Position numbers and translations under genes: made by a program. A DNA stretch of 64,000 nt from Phycisphaerae bacterium (lineage in GTDB: Bacteria > Planctomycetota > Phycisphaerae > Phycisphaerales > UBA5793). The notes beneath the pieces were generated by a model. The model was not told the origin of the DNA and made no database searches. It saw nothing but the letters and a program-made list of their open reading frames with translations. This document shows, in pieces, positions 33,037 through 43,542 of this stretch; within the stretch, counting starts at the first letter, position 1; each line of letters starts with the position of its first letter. The stretch lies in assembly GCA_039794345.1 (NCBI GenBank), contig JBDIVQ010000001.1, positions 31,072-95,071 on the forward strand, in the 5' to 3' direction.

Positions 33037-33304
33037 GATTCCGATGCTCCTTTCGAGCACAGCGACACCGGCGGAAGACCAGTCAGCGCCGCGGCCCGAT
33101 GCCTCCGGGCGTCGCAGCGAATCCCCCGCGCCAAGGGCGCTTACGGGTGGACGAATGCGGTCTGATTCTGCAAGAGAACGAAGACCCGTACGATTCCGGG
33201 TTCCGGCGCCGACGCCGCGGCCGCCAGGCCGAACACGTCCCACACCGCGCGGAAACCCCCTGATCGCTGACCTCGATCAAGACTGAACTCTAGCCCTCCT
33301 CGAA

Positions 33305-33391
33305 GAGGGGTTCAATCGCCGCGGGCGGGGGGCTGCGGTCCGGGTTCTCTCTCTCCCGCTGTGGCCGGGGCAGGGGATCGTCAACCCCCTC
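33305..33391. repeat. Inverted repeat enclosing a degenerate REP-like core
   Basis: GAGGGGGTT (33305-13) and AACCCCCTC (33383-91) flank CTCTCCCGC..GGCCGGGGCAGGGG. Confidence 0.35.
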
Positions 33392-33566
33392 CGGGTAGAG
33401 GAGATTTCATGAAAGGTCCGCGCCGCGCCGGCCATGGCAGCGCCGTAACCTACCGGCGCACCGCGAGACAGCACCCGCGCTGAAGGCCCGCGGTCTGCTG
33501 CAACCTCCGATCGCTTCGGCGGTGGATCGTGCCGCCGGTTCCGCGCCGCGGCACATAGAATGCCTC

Positions 33567-34199
33567 ATGGAGCGAGGCGGTCCTTATCCCGATTCGATGG
33601 TGCGGCTTATCGACGAGTTCGCCCGGCTGCCCGGCATCGGTCGGCGAAGCGCCGAGCGGCTGGCGTTTCATATTCTCAAGGCCGATCGCGAGACGGCGAT
33701 GGGCCTGGCGCGGGCGATCGGGGACGTCAAGGCGCACGTCCGCCACTGTTCGATCTGCTACAACCTCGCTGATCGCGACCCCTGCCCGATCTGCACTGAC
33801 CCGAGGCGGGATCACTCGACGATTCTCGTCGTGGAGCAGCCCAAGGATCTCATCAGCCTGGAGCAGACGGGGATGCATCGCGGAGGGTATCACGTGCTCA
33901 TGGGGCGTCTTGCCCCGCTTGAGGGCATCGAACCTGAAGATCTCACCGTTCACGTCCTGCTGCGGCGCGTCGATGATCCGCAGGCGAACGCGGGCGCTGC
34001 AGCGGTGAAGGAGGTCATTTTCGGGTTGAGTCCCAACCTGGAGGGCGACGGCACGGTGCTCTACCTCGCCGAGCAGTTGAAGTCGCGCGGCGTGAAGATG
34101 AGCCGGCTGGCGCGCGGCTTGCCGAGCGGCTCGCAGATCGAGTACGCCAGCAAGGCGGTTCTCGCCGACGCGATCGTGGGGCGCCAGGGACTGGATTGA
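33567..34199 (+). CDS. recR: Recombination mediator RecR
   Basis: LPGIGRRSAERLA, C4 zinc finger CSIC...CPIC, TOPRIM VVE...EGDGT, RLARGLP. Confidence 0.95.
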   Translation: MERGGPYPDSMVRLIDEFARLPGIGRRSAERLAFHILKADRETAMGLARAIGDVKAHVRHCSICYNLADRDPCPICTDPRRDHSTILVVEQPKDLISLEQTGMHRGGYHVLMGRLAPLEGIEPEDLTVHVLLRRVDDPQANAGAAAVKEVIFGLSPNLEGDGTVLYLAEQLKSRGVKMSRLARGLPSGSQIEYASKAVLADAIVGRQGLD

Positions 34200-34287
34200 T
34201 ACGCTTCGGGGCGCGCGGCGCAGCCCTAAAATGCCTCGAGGGAAGGAGGGCGCGCCCTTCGCGCCGCGGCTCCGGACGTGATGCCCC

Positions 34288-35790
34288 ATGCGATTTGAAA
34301 CCTCACAGCATCTTCGCCTCAACCAGCAGATGAAGATGTCTCCGCGGATGATCCAGTCCATGGAGATCCTTCAACTGGCCGGCCCGGCGCTCGAAGAGCG
34401 CATCGAGCAGGAACTCGAGAGCAACGTTGTGCTCGATGTCATCGAGCCGCTGCTCGACGAGGCGGCCGCGGCCGAAGCGCAGCGCCGAGCCGATCGGCAG
34501 GCGGCCGAGGGCGAGCGCGCCCTCACCACGGGCGATGAGCGCGCCGGCGAAGGGTTTGACCGCCTCACGCGCCTCACCAGCGAGTACCGCGACGTGCTCG
34601 ACGACCAGTTCGGCGAGCCGACTCACCGGTCGCGGCGGCGGGACGGCGAGATCGACGGCAAGATGCAGGCGATGGCCAACACGGCCGCCCGCGGCGAGAG
34701 CCTGCACACCCAACTCCTCAGCCAGTGGTCCCTCGCCGACGTCGAGGATCGCCTCCGCGCCGCCGGTGAGCATCTCATCGGCTTCATCGACGACGACGGT
34801 TACATCCGCGCCGACATGGAGACGATTCTCGCTCAGGCTCCGCCCGGCGTGACGGGCGCGCTGCTTGATGAGGCGCTGCCCGTCCTCCAGAGCGTGCTCG
34901 AACCCGTCGGCATTGCCGCCCGCGACCTGCGCGAGTGCCTGCTCCTGCAGATCGAGGCGCTGGCGCGCGAGAATCCCGGCGCGACGTCGAGCGTCGAACG
35001 CACTCTTCTGGAAGATCACCTGAGCGACATCGAGCAGAATCGCCTTCCCAGGATCGCGGAGGCGACGGGACTGAGCATCGAGGAGGTCAAGGCCGGGCTG
35101 GAGGGGCTGCGCCACCTCGATCCGCGGCCGGGACGGCAACTCGTCTCCGACTCGCCTTCCGTCGTCATCCCCGACGCCATTGTCGAGTACGACGACGAAG
35201 CCGATGACTACGTCGTCATGCTCTTCGACGGACGGCTGCCGCGCCTGCGCATCAATCCGCGCTACGCCTCGATGCTTAAGGACGAGAAGGTGGACAAGGC
35301 GACGAAGGAGTTCGTGGATGGGAATCTGCGCAACGCGCGGTGGCTCATCGAGGCGATCGACCTGCGCTGCAACACGCTGCTGCGGGTGATCCGGGCCGTC
35401 GTGGCCCACCAGCGCGACTTCTTCGATGAGGGGCCCGCGGCGCTCAAACCCCTGCCCATGTCGCAGGTCGCCGAGCAACTCGGCGTGCACGTCGCGACGA
35501 TCTCCCGGGCGGTGAGCGGCAAGTGGATCCAGACGCCGCGCGGCGTGCTGCCCCTGCGCCGCTTCTTCTCTTCGGGCACCGAGACGGAGTCGGGCGAGGA
35601 CATGAGTTGGGACGCCGTCCGCCAGACGCTCAAGGAGATCATCGACGCCGAGGACAAGCGCGAGCCGCTCGGGGATGATCGGCTTGCGGCGGCCCTCAAG
35701 GAGCGGGGCATCACCATCGCCCGCCGCACCGTCGCGAAGTATCGCGATCAACTCGGCATTCCCTCGGCGAAACTCCGCAAGGTCTATTGA
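34288..35790 (+). CDS. rpoN: RNA polymerase sigma-54 factor
   Basis: Gln/Leu-rich region I, ELESNVVL, HTH VHVATISRAV and RpoN box ARRTVAKYR. Confidence 0.95.
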   Translation: MRFETSQHLRLNQQMKMSPRMIQSMEILQLAGPALEERIEQELESNVVLDVIEPLLDEAAAAEAQRRADRQAAEGERALTTGDERAGEGFDRLTRLTSEYRDVLDDQFGEPTHRSRRRDGEIDGKMQAMANTAARGESLHTQLLSQWSLADVEDRLRAAGEHLIGFIDDDGYIRADMETILAQAPPGVTGALLDEALPVLQSVLEPVGIAARDLRECLLLQIEALARENPGATSSVERTLLEDHLSDIEQNRLPRIAEATGLSIEEVKAGLEGLRHLDPRPGRQLVSDSPSVVIPDAIVEYDDEADDYVVMLFDGRLPRLRINPRYASMLKDEKVDKATKEFVDGNLRNARWLIEAIDLRCNTLLRVIRAVVAHQRDFFDEGPAALKPLPMSQVAEQLGVHVATISRAVSGKWIQTPRGVLPLRRFFSSGTETESGEDMSWDAVRQTLKEIIDAEDKREPLGDDRLAAALKERGITIARRTVAKYRDQLGIPSAKLRKVY

Positions 35791-35901
35791 ATCGCCCCGG
35801 CGACGCGGCCGCGATGACGCGAGCCCCTCTCACTACAATTGGCCGTCGGCGCCCGCCTGCGAGCGTCCCTGGGCATCAGCCGCCGCCTTCAAGGAGTCAA
35901 C

Positions 35902-37689
35902 ATGTCTCGAGTTCGTCGTCCGGTCGTTCAAAGCCTCATCTGCCTCGCCGCCATCGCCGTTCTTGCCGCCGTCTCGTCGGCGCAGGAGAAGCGCATCGGG
36001 TGGATCGTGATCGACGGGCCGATCGCGGAGCGCCCCGACCCGCTCGCCTGGCTCATGGGGCCTGATGCCGCGCCGACCCTGCGCCGCGTAACCGCGAGCA
36101 TCGAAGCGGCGGCGATGCGCCCCGAAGTGCCCGCGCTCGTGCTGCATCTCAAGGACTTTCAGAGCGACTTCTCACAGGTCCTCGCCCTCGGGGCGGCGAT
36201 GGATCGCGTGCGCGACGCCGGCAAGACCGTCCACCTTTTCAGCGAGAACTACGGTCCGATGGAACTGCTGCTGGGCGCCAGCGCCGACGAGGTCGTCATG
36301 CAGCGCGGCGGAATGGTGAGTTTCCCCGGCCTTTACAGCGAAGAGATGTACCTCGCCGACACGCTCAAGCTCGTCGGCCTCCAGGCCGACCTGATCCAGA
36401 TCGGCGACTACAAGGGCGCGGCCGATCCGCTGGCGCGCAGCACCGCCGGCCCCGAGTGGTCCGCCAACATCGACGCCCTCCTTGACGACCTCTGGAGCCA
36501 GATGTGCGAACGCCTGCGCCAGGGTCGGCGGCTCAGCGCGGCGCAGTGGCAGAGGGTGCTCGACGAGGGCTGGTCCGCCGACGCCGACTTGGCGATCGAA
36601 CTGGGACTCGTTGATGCGGCCATCGACGTCGTCGAACTCAAGGACCACGTCGCCGCCCGCGCGGGAACGACTCGCATTGCTCAGGACCTCGGCGCCGGAG
36701 AGGATGCAGGCGGGCTCGACCTGACCAACCCCTTCGCCGTCTTCGCCATGCTCATGCAGGAGCCGGATCACGCGCCGAAGCGCGAGACGATCGCCGTCAT
36801 CCACATTGACGGCCCGATCGTCGATGGCGAATCGAGCGATGCGACGCTTTTCGGCGGCGCGACGGTCGGCAGCCGCACCATCCGCGAAGCGCTGTACACG
36901 ATCGAGAAGGAGGACCTCGTCAAGGGCGTGGTCGTTCGCATCGACTCGCCGGGCGGGTCGGCCATCGCGTCGGAGATCATCTGGCAGGGGTTGCGCCGAG
37001 TGGCGGAAAGCAAGCCCGTCTTCGTCTCCATCGGCTCGATGGCGGCGTCGGGCGGCTACTACATCGCCGTCGGAGGCGACCGGATCTACGTCGATCCCGC
37101 GTCGATCGTCGGCTCGATCGGCGTGGTCGGCGGCAAGATCGTCATGGGCGGCCTCTTTGACAAGATCGACCTCGGCGTCACGCCGCGCGTTCGCGGGCCG
37201 CACGCGTCGCTGATGAGTTCCACCGAGCCGTGGAGCGAGGCGGATCGCGCCCTGGTCCGCGCGGAGATGCAGAACATCTACGACCTCTTCACACAGCGGG
37301 TGAAGCAGGGGCGCGGCGACCGCGCGGACCTGGCGAAAATCGCCGAGGGCCGCCTCTTCACCGGACGCCAGGCCGTCGCCAACGGCATGGCCGACGGCAT
37401 CAGCGGCTTCGATGAGACCATCAATCTGCTGGCGGACGAAGTCGGCCTCGATGAAGGCGCGTTTGACGTGATGACGTGGCCGGGTCCGCGCAGCGTCATG
37501 GAGATGCTCGAGTCGATGATGCCGATGCTCCAGGCGCCCTCGGTCGCTTCGCCGCTGCGGACCGAGGCCGTGCGGGCGCTTGTGGGCGAAGCGGCGTGGG
37601 AGTCGGTGCGCGAGGCGCTCGATGCTCTTCTGCTCCTGCGCGACCGGCGCGTCCTGCTCATCGCCCCGCGCGCCATCATCGTCAAGTAG
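35902..37689 (+). CDS. sppA: Signal peptide peptidase SppA (S49, long form)
   Basis: Signal/TM segment, IGDYKGA, DSPGGS, SMAASGGYY, VGSIGV, GRLFTG; RBS AAGGAG. Confidence 0.9.
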   Translation: MSRVRRPVVQSLICLAAIAVLAAVSSAQEKRIGWIVIDGPIAERPDPLAWLMGPDAAPTLRRVTASIEAAAMRPEVPALVLHLKDFQSDFSQVLALGAAMDRVRDAGKTVHLFSENYGPMELLLGASADEVVMQRGGMVSFPGLYSEEMYLADTLKLVGLQADLIQIGDYKGAADPLARSTAGPEWSANIDALLDDLWSQMCERLRQGRRLSAAQWQRVLDEGWSADADLAIELGLVDAAIDVVELKDHVAARAGTTRIAQDLGAGEDAGGLDLTNPFAVFAMLMQEPDHAPKRETIAVIHIDGPIVDGESSDATLFGGATVGSRTIREALYTIEKEDLVKGVVVRIDSPGGSAIASEIIWQGLRRVAESKPVFVSIGSMAASGGYYIAVGGDRIYVDPASIVGSIGVVGGKIVMGGLFDKIDLGVTPRVRGPHASLMSSTEPWSEADRALVRAEMQNIYDLFTQRVKQGRGDRADLAKIAEGRLFTGRQAVANGMADGISGFDETINLLADEVGLDEGAFDVMTWPGPRSVMEMLESMMPMLQAPSVASPLRTEAVRALVGEAAWESVREALDALLLLRDRRVLLIAPRAIIVK

Positions 37690-37961
37690 CCGCAGAGCGC
37701 AAGCAAGGGGATCGTCCATCGTTGTTCGGCCGTCGAGCGGTGTCCTCCGGGATTGTGACACTCGGCCCGGACGGCCGGGTTGACGCCGCCCCGCGATCGG
37801 CGGTCGCTGCAACCGCGGCGCCGGTCTCCGGCGCTGAACGATCAGATGATCGGTCTGCGATCCCCCACCCCGTGTGACTGCGGCGTGGTCCGGGATTGGA
37901 CCACGCCCGCGGTCGAAGGCGCCGGTTCGCGCGCGGGCGCGGTGATCTACAATCATCGTGC

Positions 37962-38951
37962 GTGAAAGAGTTTCGCCTCCTGTCAAGGGTCTACGAGCAC
38001 AACGCCGCGCTCGATGCGCGCGTCATCATCCCGCCGGGCGATGACATGGCGGCGCTGCGCTTCGAGGGGAGCGAGTTGCTCGCGGCCGTCGATCAGATCG
38101 TGGAAGGCCGCCACTTCACGCTGGAGTCGACTTCGCTCAGCCTGATCGGCCGCAAGGCGGTCACGCGCAACCTCAGCGACATCGCCGCAATGGCGGCGCG
38201 CCCGCTCGCCTCCCTCGCAGCCGTCGTCCTGCCGCGCCGGTGGAGCGAGTCGCAGGCGCTCGAACTTTTCGAGGCGATGCGTGTGACGGCGGCGAAGTAC
38301 GATTGCCCGCTGATCGGCGGCGACGTCACGATCGCCGACGCTCCGCTCATGTGCAGCGTGACGGTCCTCGCCCGCCCCGGGCCGCGCGGGGCCGTGCGGC
38401 GCCGCGGCGCGAGGGTCGGCGACGCCGTCTATGTTTCCGGCTCGCTCGGCGGCAGCGTAGAGAGCGGCGGCGGCGGAAGGCACCTCACCTTCGAGCCTCG
38501 CCTCCAACTCGCCCTCGCCCTGGCGGAGCGCTGCGACCTCCACGCCATGATCGACATCAGCGACGGTCTCGGCCGCGACGCCGGCCACATCGCCGAAATG
38601 TCGCGCGTGCAGATCGTCATCGACGCCCAGCGCGTGCCGTGCTCGCCCGACTGCGACTGGAGGCGGGCGCTGAGCGACGGGGAGGACTACGAACTGTGCT
38701 TCACCACGGCGGCGGGTGAGAAGGTGCCCGGCGAACTCTGCGGCGCGCCGCTCACTCGCATCGGAATCGTGCGCGAACAGCGCGGCGACGGGCCGTGCGT
38801 GATCGTGCGCGACGGCGGGCGCGAGATCGACGCTTCGCAGTTCGGTTGGGAACATGACGGGCCGGGCGAAGGGCAGCCGCCAATCCGGCCCTCCTCCGCC
38901 ACCGTGGACCGTGCTCATGAGGGCAGGCCGGAGGAGCGAGGCCGCGCATGA
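37962..38951 (+). CDS. thiL: Thiamine-monophosphate kinase
   Basis: PPGDDMA, NLSDIAAM, LIGGD, MIDISDGL, DGEDYELCFT; GTG start inferred. Confidence 0.9.
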   Translation: MKEFRLLSRVYEHNAALDARVIIPPGDDMAALRFEGSELLAAVDQIVEGRHFTLESTSLSLIGRKAVTRNLSDIAAMAARPLASLAAVVLPRRWSESQALELFEAMRVTAAKYDCPLIGGDVTIADAPLMCSVTVLARPGPRGAVRRRGARVGDAVYVSGSLGGSVESGGGGRHLTFEPRLQLALALAERCDLHAMIDISDGLGRDAGHIAEMSRVQIVIDAQRVPCSPDCDWRRALSDGEDYELCFTTAAGEKVPGELCGAPLTRIGIVREQRGDGPCVIVRDGGREIDASQFGWEHDGPGEGQPPIRPSSATVDRAHEGRPEERGRA

Positions 38952-39598
38952 TCGAGCGCCTCACCCACAGCGCGGAAGAGACGATGGGCCTCGCCGCCGG
39001 CCTGGCACAGGGTTTCCGCGGCGGGGAGTTCATCGCCCTGTGCGGCGACCTCGGGGCGGGCAAGACGTGCTTTGTGCGCGGCCTGGCGCGCGGCCTGCGC
39101 CTTGACGCCCGCGCCGTGAGCAGCCCGACCTTCGTCATCATGCATGAGTATGAGTCCGCGGCGCCCGATGGGCGGCCGGCTCTTATTCACATTGACGCCT
39201 ACCGGCTCGGCGGCGCCGCGGAACTGGAGGGGATCGGCTGGGAGGAAGTGCTCGAACGGCGCGATGCGGTCATCGCTCTGGAGTGGCCGCAGCGCGTCGG
39301 CGAGGCGCTGCCTGCCGACCGCATTGACGTGTCGCTGGAGCATCGGGGCGGCGAGGAGCGGCTCATTCGCATCGAAGCGCGCGGCCGCGCAACGATCGGG
39401 GGCGCGCTGCGCGCGGGCATCAAGGCGGCGCGCCGACCCTGCCCCGTCTGCCGCCTCGAAGTGGATGCCGACAGCGAGACGTTTCCCTTCTGTTCGCAGC
39501 GGTGCCGCCTCGCCGACCTGCACCGCTGGATGGGCGGGGCGTACCGCGTCAGCCGCGCCGCCGACGATCCGCGCGACTGGGAGGAAGCGCCGGAGTAG
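38948..39598 (+). CDS. tsaE: t6A biosynthesis ATPase TsaE fused to a YacG-type zinc finger
   Basis: GDLGAGKT, SSPTF, HIDAYRL and LEW, continuing in frame into CPVC-x13-CSQRC with FPFCS and DL..W. Confidence 0.9.
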   Translation: MIERLTHSAEETMGLAAGLAQGFRGGEFIALCGDLGAGKTCFVRGLARGLRLDARAVSSPTFVIMHEYESAAPDGRPALIHIDAYRLGGAAELEGIGWEEVLERRDAVIALEWPQRVGEALPADRIDVSLEHRGGEERLIRIEARGRATIGGALRAGIKAARRPCPVCRLEVDADSETFPFCSQRCRLADLHRWMGGAYRVSRAADDPRDWEEAPE

Positions 39599-39747
39599 AC
39601 CGCTCCGCCGCATTGCACTTCCGCCGTCAGAACGAAAGGAATGCGTCCCGGCGGTCGGGCGCACGGGCGAACCGGGGATTCGGCGAGGTTGCGGGCGTCG
39701 AGTCGCCGGGCGGGCGTCGAGCCATCTCCCGACCCGCCGCGAGCGCG

Positions 39748-41238
39748 TTACTCCTCCGCCCACGCCCGGGCGCGCTCAATCGCCTCGCGCCACCGGCGGC
39801 GCATCGCCCGCGCCTGGCCGGCGCTCAACTTCGGCTCGAACACGCGATCGACCTGCCAGACTCGCTCGAGCGATTCGATGGAGGGCCAGAATCCCGTCGC
39901 CAGCCCGGCCAGGCACGCGGCGCCGAAGGCGGTCGTTTCCAGCAGCCGCGGCCGCACGACGGGGGTCTGAAGCACATCCGCCTGAATCTGCATGAGCAGG
40001 TCATTGCACGCCGCGCCGCCATCGACGCGCAACTCGCGCAAGGCTGCGCCCGCATCGGCCTGCATCGCCTCGACGACATCCGCCACCTGGAGCGCGATGC
40101 CCTCCAGTGCCGCCCGTGCGACGTGGGCTTTGGTCGTGCCTCGCGTCAGGCCGATGATCAGGCCGCGCGCGTGCTGGTCCCAGTGGGGCGCGCCCAGGCC
40201 CGTCAGCGCCGGCACGAGCACCACGCCGCCGCTGTCGGAAACGCCTGCCGCGAGTGACTCCACTTCCTCCGAGCGATCGATGATGCCCAGCCCATCGCGC
40301 AGCCACTGCACAATCGCCCCGCCGACGAAGACGCTGCCCTCGAGCGCGTAAGTCATCACGCCGCCGCGCCGCCACGCGATGGTGGTGAGGAGGCGATTGG
40401 CCGAATCGCGCGGCTGCTCGCCCGTGTTGAGCAGCAGAAAGCATCCCGTGCCGTAGGTGTTCTTTGCCAGCCCCGGCGTCACGCACAGTTGCCCCATCAT
40501 CGCCGCCTGCTGGTCGCCGATGATCCCGGCCAGCGGCGCCCCTGCGATCGCCGCCGGGTTCGCGATCTCGCCATGCACCGCGCTGCTCTCGCACACCTTC
40601 GGCAGCATTGAGCGCGGGATGTTGAAGAGTCGCAGCAGTTCATCATCCCACTGCCCGGTGTGGATGTTGAAGAGCATGGTGCGCGCGGCGTTGCTGGCGT
40701 CGGTGATGTGCAGCGCCCCGCCGGTGAGCCGCCAGGCGAGCCAGGAGTCGATCGTTCCGAAGGCCAGTTGCCCCGCCTCGGCGCGGCTGCGGACGCCGTC
40801 GATGTGTTCGAGCATCCAGGCGACTTTGGTCGCGGAGAAGTAGGCGTCGATCTCGAGACCGGTTGTGCGGCGGATCATCGCCCCGGCCCCGGTGCTGCGC
40901 AGTTCATCGCACCGCTTCGTCGTGCGCCGATCCTGCCAGACGATGGCGGGCCCGATGGGCCGGCCCGTCGCGCGGTCCCACACTACCGTCGTCTCGCGCT
41001 GGTTGGTGAGGCCGACGGCGGCGATGTCCCGCCGCGTCAGATGCGCCCGTTCGAGCGCTTCGGTGATGACCCCCGCCTGTGCAGCCCAGATTTCCTCGGC
41101 ATCATGCTCCACCCACCCCGGCCGGGGAAAGTGCTGGGCGAACTCCTTCTGCGCGATGGCAACGACCGCCCCGGCGCCGTCGAAGAGAATGGCCCGGCAA
41201 CTCGTCGTGCCCTGATCAAGTGCGAGGATGAAGGTCAT
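39748..41238 (-). CDS. glpK: Glycerol kinase
   Basis: [41 protein letters not shown]. Confidence 0.95.
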   Translation of the reverse strand: MTFILALDQGTTSCRAILFDGAGAVVAIAQKEFAQHFPRPGWVEHDAEEIWAAQAGVITEALERAHLTRRDIAAVGLTNQRETTVVWDRATGRPIGPAIVWQDRRTTKRCDELRSTGAGAMIRRTTGLEIDAYFSATKVAWMLEHIDGVRSRAEAGQLAFGTIDSWLAWRLTGGALHITDASNAARTMLFNIHTGQWDDELLRLFNIPRSMLPKVCESSAVHGEIANPAAIAGAPLAGIIGDQQAAMMGQLCVTPGLAKNTYGTGCFLLLNTGEQPRDSANRLLTTIAWRRGGVMTYALEGSVFVGGAIVQWLRDGLGIIDRSEEVESLAAGVSDSGGVVLVPALTGLGAPHWDQHARGLIIGLTRGTTKAHVARAALEGIALQVADVVEAMQADAGAALRELRVDGGAACNDLLMQIQADVLQTPVVRPRLLETTAFGAACLAGLATGFWPSIESLERVWQVDRVFEPKLSAGQARAMRRRWREAIERARAWAEE

Positions 41239-41336
41239 GCCACGCCCTTTGCGAAACGACCCGATGAACCTCGGTACACTAGAACCCCTCACAGGATGAT
41301 CGCAAGGGATCGGCGCTCATCCTCAATCGCCCGCGC

Positions 41337-43433
41337 TCACGCCGTTCGTCGGATCACCAGGATCGTCCGGTCGTCGTCGGCCCTTGCCTGGCTCGTGAAG
41401 TCATCAACAGCAGCGCGCACGGCGGCGATGATCTCCTTGGCGGTCGCGCCCGCTGCCTGGGCGATGATGCGTTCGACGCGGGCCGGACCGAACTGCTCGC
41501 CTCTGGCGTTGCGGGCCTCGAAGAAGCCGTCGGAGAGGACAATGAACAGGTCGCCGCGATTGAGCGCGACGGGCGGGGCGGGTCGGACGGCGAGGTCATC
41601 GACCACGCCGAAGGGCGGTGCATCGGCGGGGCGGCGCTCGATTGATCTGGTAGCGGCCCGATAGACGAGGATCGGTCCCTGCCCGGCGGAGAAGGAAGCG
41701 ACGGTGCCGGCGCTCGCGTCAATCTCGCCGAGCCAGGCGGTGATGAAGCGGCTGTCGGGGAGGTCGGCGACAAGTTGTTCGTTGAGGTGGCGGGCCACTT
41801 CGCCGAGGTCGGCGCCGAGGCGCACGGCCATACGCAGCATCGCGCGGATCTGCGTGGCCGCGAGAGCCGGGCCGATGCCGTGCCCCGTCGCGTCCGCGAG
41901 CAGCAGCACCGCCCGGACCGCGCGCGGCGCGCGGTCCGCATTCGCCCGCGCGGAGGCGGTCGCGTCCGTGCCGTCGGCGGCGAGGCCGATTACGTCGAAG
42001 GTGTCGCCGCCGGTTTCATCCGCCGGCTCATTCCACGCCGCGAGATCGAATCCCTCGAGCACGGGCAGCGTGCGCGGCAGCGTGCTCTGCTGAATCTGCC
42101 GCGCGATCTGGAGGTCGCGCTCCAGGCGCATCAGGCTGCGCAGGCTCTCGCGCATGCGCTCATGGGCCGCGGCGATGCGGCGCACTTCGGAGATGTCCGT
42201 CGTAACCGGCGGGGGAGGCGAGAGATCACCGCGGCCGATCTGGTCCGACTGGGCGACGAGCTGCTCGACGGGCCGGCTGAGCGTGCGCCCCAGCACGATC
42301 GCGCGCCACACCCCCACGAGCAGGAGAGTCGCGAGAATGCCCGCGAAGGTGAAGCGCTGCGAGGCGATATCGCCGAGCAACTCTGCCTCGGGCACGACGA
42401 CGGCGATGCGCAGACGCCGCTCGGGCGCGAGGGCGAATTCCCGTGCTTCGCCCCACCACGCCTCGTCGAGGCTCTCGAAGCGCACGGTCAGCCCGTGCGG
42501 GTCGCGATTCTCCTTGAGGGCCTCGACGACGGCGTTGCCGAAGGCCTGGGTCGCGTCACGCGCCAGGTCGAGGCCGATCTCCTGCGGCTCCTTGAGGTAC
42601 GCGGCCTGGCGCACCTTCGGGTCAGCGAATCGCGCATCGCCGGGAAGCCCCACGACGCGGTCGTCCGTCGTCATCACCACGATCTTGCCGCGCTGACCGA
42701 CGCGCAGCGAGCGCGTGAACTCCGAGATGTCCGCGAGGAGAATGTCAAAGCCGACGACCTGCGCCCGACCGGCGGGGTCGCGCATGGCGATGGAGGCGGT
42801 GATGCCCGGATCGTGCGTGGTGAAGAAGGTGTAGGGCTCCGTCCAGTAGAGCGAGGCGCTCCGCCCGGCGGCTTCGGCGCGGCGGAGACTCTCCATGGCG
42901 CCGGTGAACCAGGGCCGGACAAGCGGGTTGTAGTCGAAGCGCGACTCTGGCGGCGCGTTCCAGTCGCTCCACGTTCGCCGCCGCTCGAAGCCGCCGCCCT
43001 CGAGCGGCCTCGTCTGCCACGCCTCAAAGCCGCGCGCCGTGTGCAGGAGCATGAACTCGCGCCCCGTCTCGTCGGCGACGAGCAGCGAACTTATGCGCGG
43101 CAACTGGCGGATCACGGCGATGAAGCGTTCGATGAGTCGCTCGCGCACCGCGGCCTCGGCGGCCTCATCAACGACTCCCGTCTCCGGGCCGAGCATCAGC
43201 CCGCCCGCCTCGCCCCAGGACTGGGCCACGTGAAGCGACAAGCCCACGGGATCGAAGAAGGACTTGAGTTCGCGCTCCGTCGTCTCGAGCGTCTGGCGGA
43301 TGATGGTGGCGGAGTGAGTGCGGATGGCCTTTCGGCTGGCGATCCAGAAGACCGCCAGAGCCGCCCCGCCCATGAGCAGCGCCAGCAGCACGAGATCGCG
43401 CAGGAACCGGAATCGGATTGAAACGGGGCGCAC
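41337..43433 (-). CDS. Membrane sensor (Cache-like + HAMP) SpoIIE/PP2C phosphatase
   Basis: TM - periplasmic domain (YNPLVRPWF, WTEPY) - TM - HAMP - ARQIQ, TGGDTFD, ADATGHG, SDG, DDRT; GTG start after GAGGAG. Confidence 0.85.
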   Translation of the reverse strand: MRPVSIRFRFLRDLVLLALLMGGAALAVFWIASRKAIRTHSATIIRQTLETTERELKSFFDPVGLSLHVAQSWGEAGGLMLGPETGVVDEAAEAAVRERLIERFIAVIRQLPRISSLLVADETGREFMLLHTARGFEAWQTRPLEGGGFERRRTWSDWNAPPESRFDYNPLVRPWFTGAMESLRRAEAAGRSASLYWTEPYTFFTTHDPGITASIAMRDPAGRAQVVGFDILLADISEFTRSLRVGQRGKIVVMTTDDRVVGLPGDARFADPKVRQAAYLKEPQEIGLDLARDATQAFGNAVVEALKENRDPHGLTVRFESLDEAWWGEAREFALAPERRLRIAVVVPEAELLGDIASQRFTFAGILATLLLVGVWRAIVLGRTLSRPVEQLVAQSDQIGRGDLSPPPPVTTDISEVRRIAAAHERMRESLRSLMRLERDLQIARQIQQSTLPRTLPVLEGFDLAAWNEPADETGGDTFDVIGLAADGTDATASARANADRAPRAVRAVLLLADATGHGIGPALAATQIRAMLRMAVRLGADLGEVARHLNEQLVADLPDSRFITAWLGEIDASAGTVASFSAGQGPILVYRAATRSIERRPADAPPFGVVDDLAVRPAPPVALNRGDLFIVLSDGFFEARNARGEQFGPARVERIIAQAAGATAKEIIAAVRAAVDDFTSQARADDDRTILVIRRTA

Positions 43434-43542
43434 GACCGACTCCTCGAACCCCTCCCCGGGACGGACATGGTAGTGATCGACACCCCGCAATGCGCGCGGA
43501 GGAGTGAATCCCTCGTCGCCGCGCGTCGGAGTATGATGCGCC

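Noticed and set aside
33037-33250. S2 autoregulatory leader RNA upstream of rpsB
   Set aside because: Expected from position and some hairpins are present, but I could not match a conserved consensus well enough to give boundaries.
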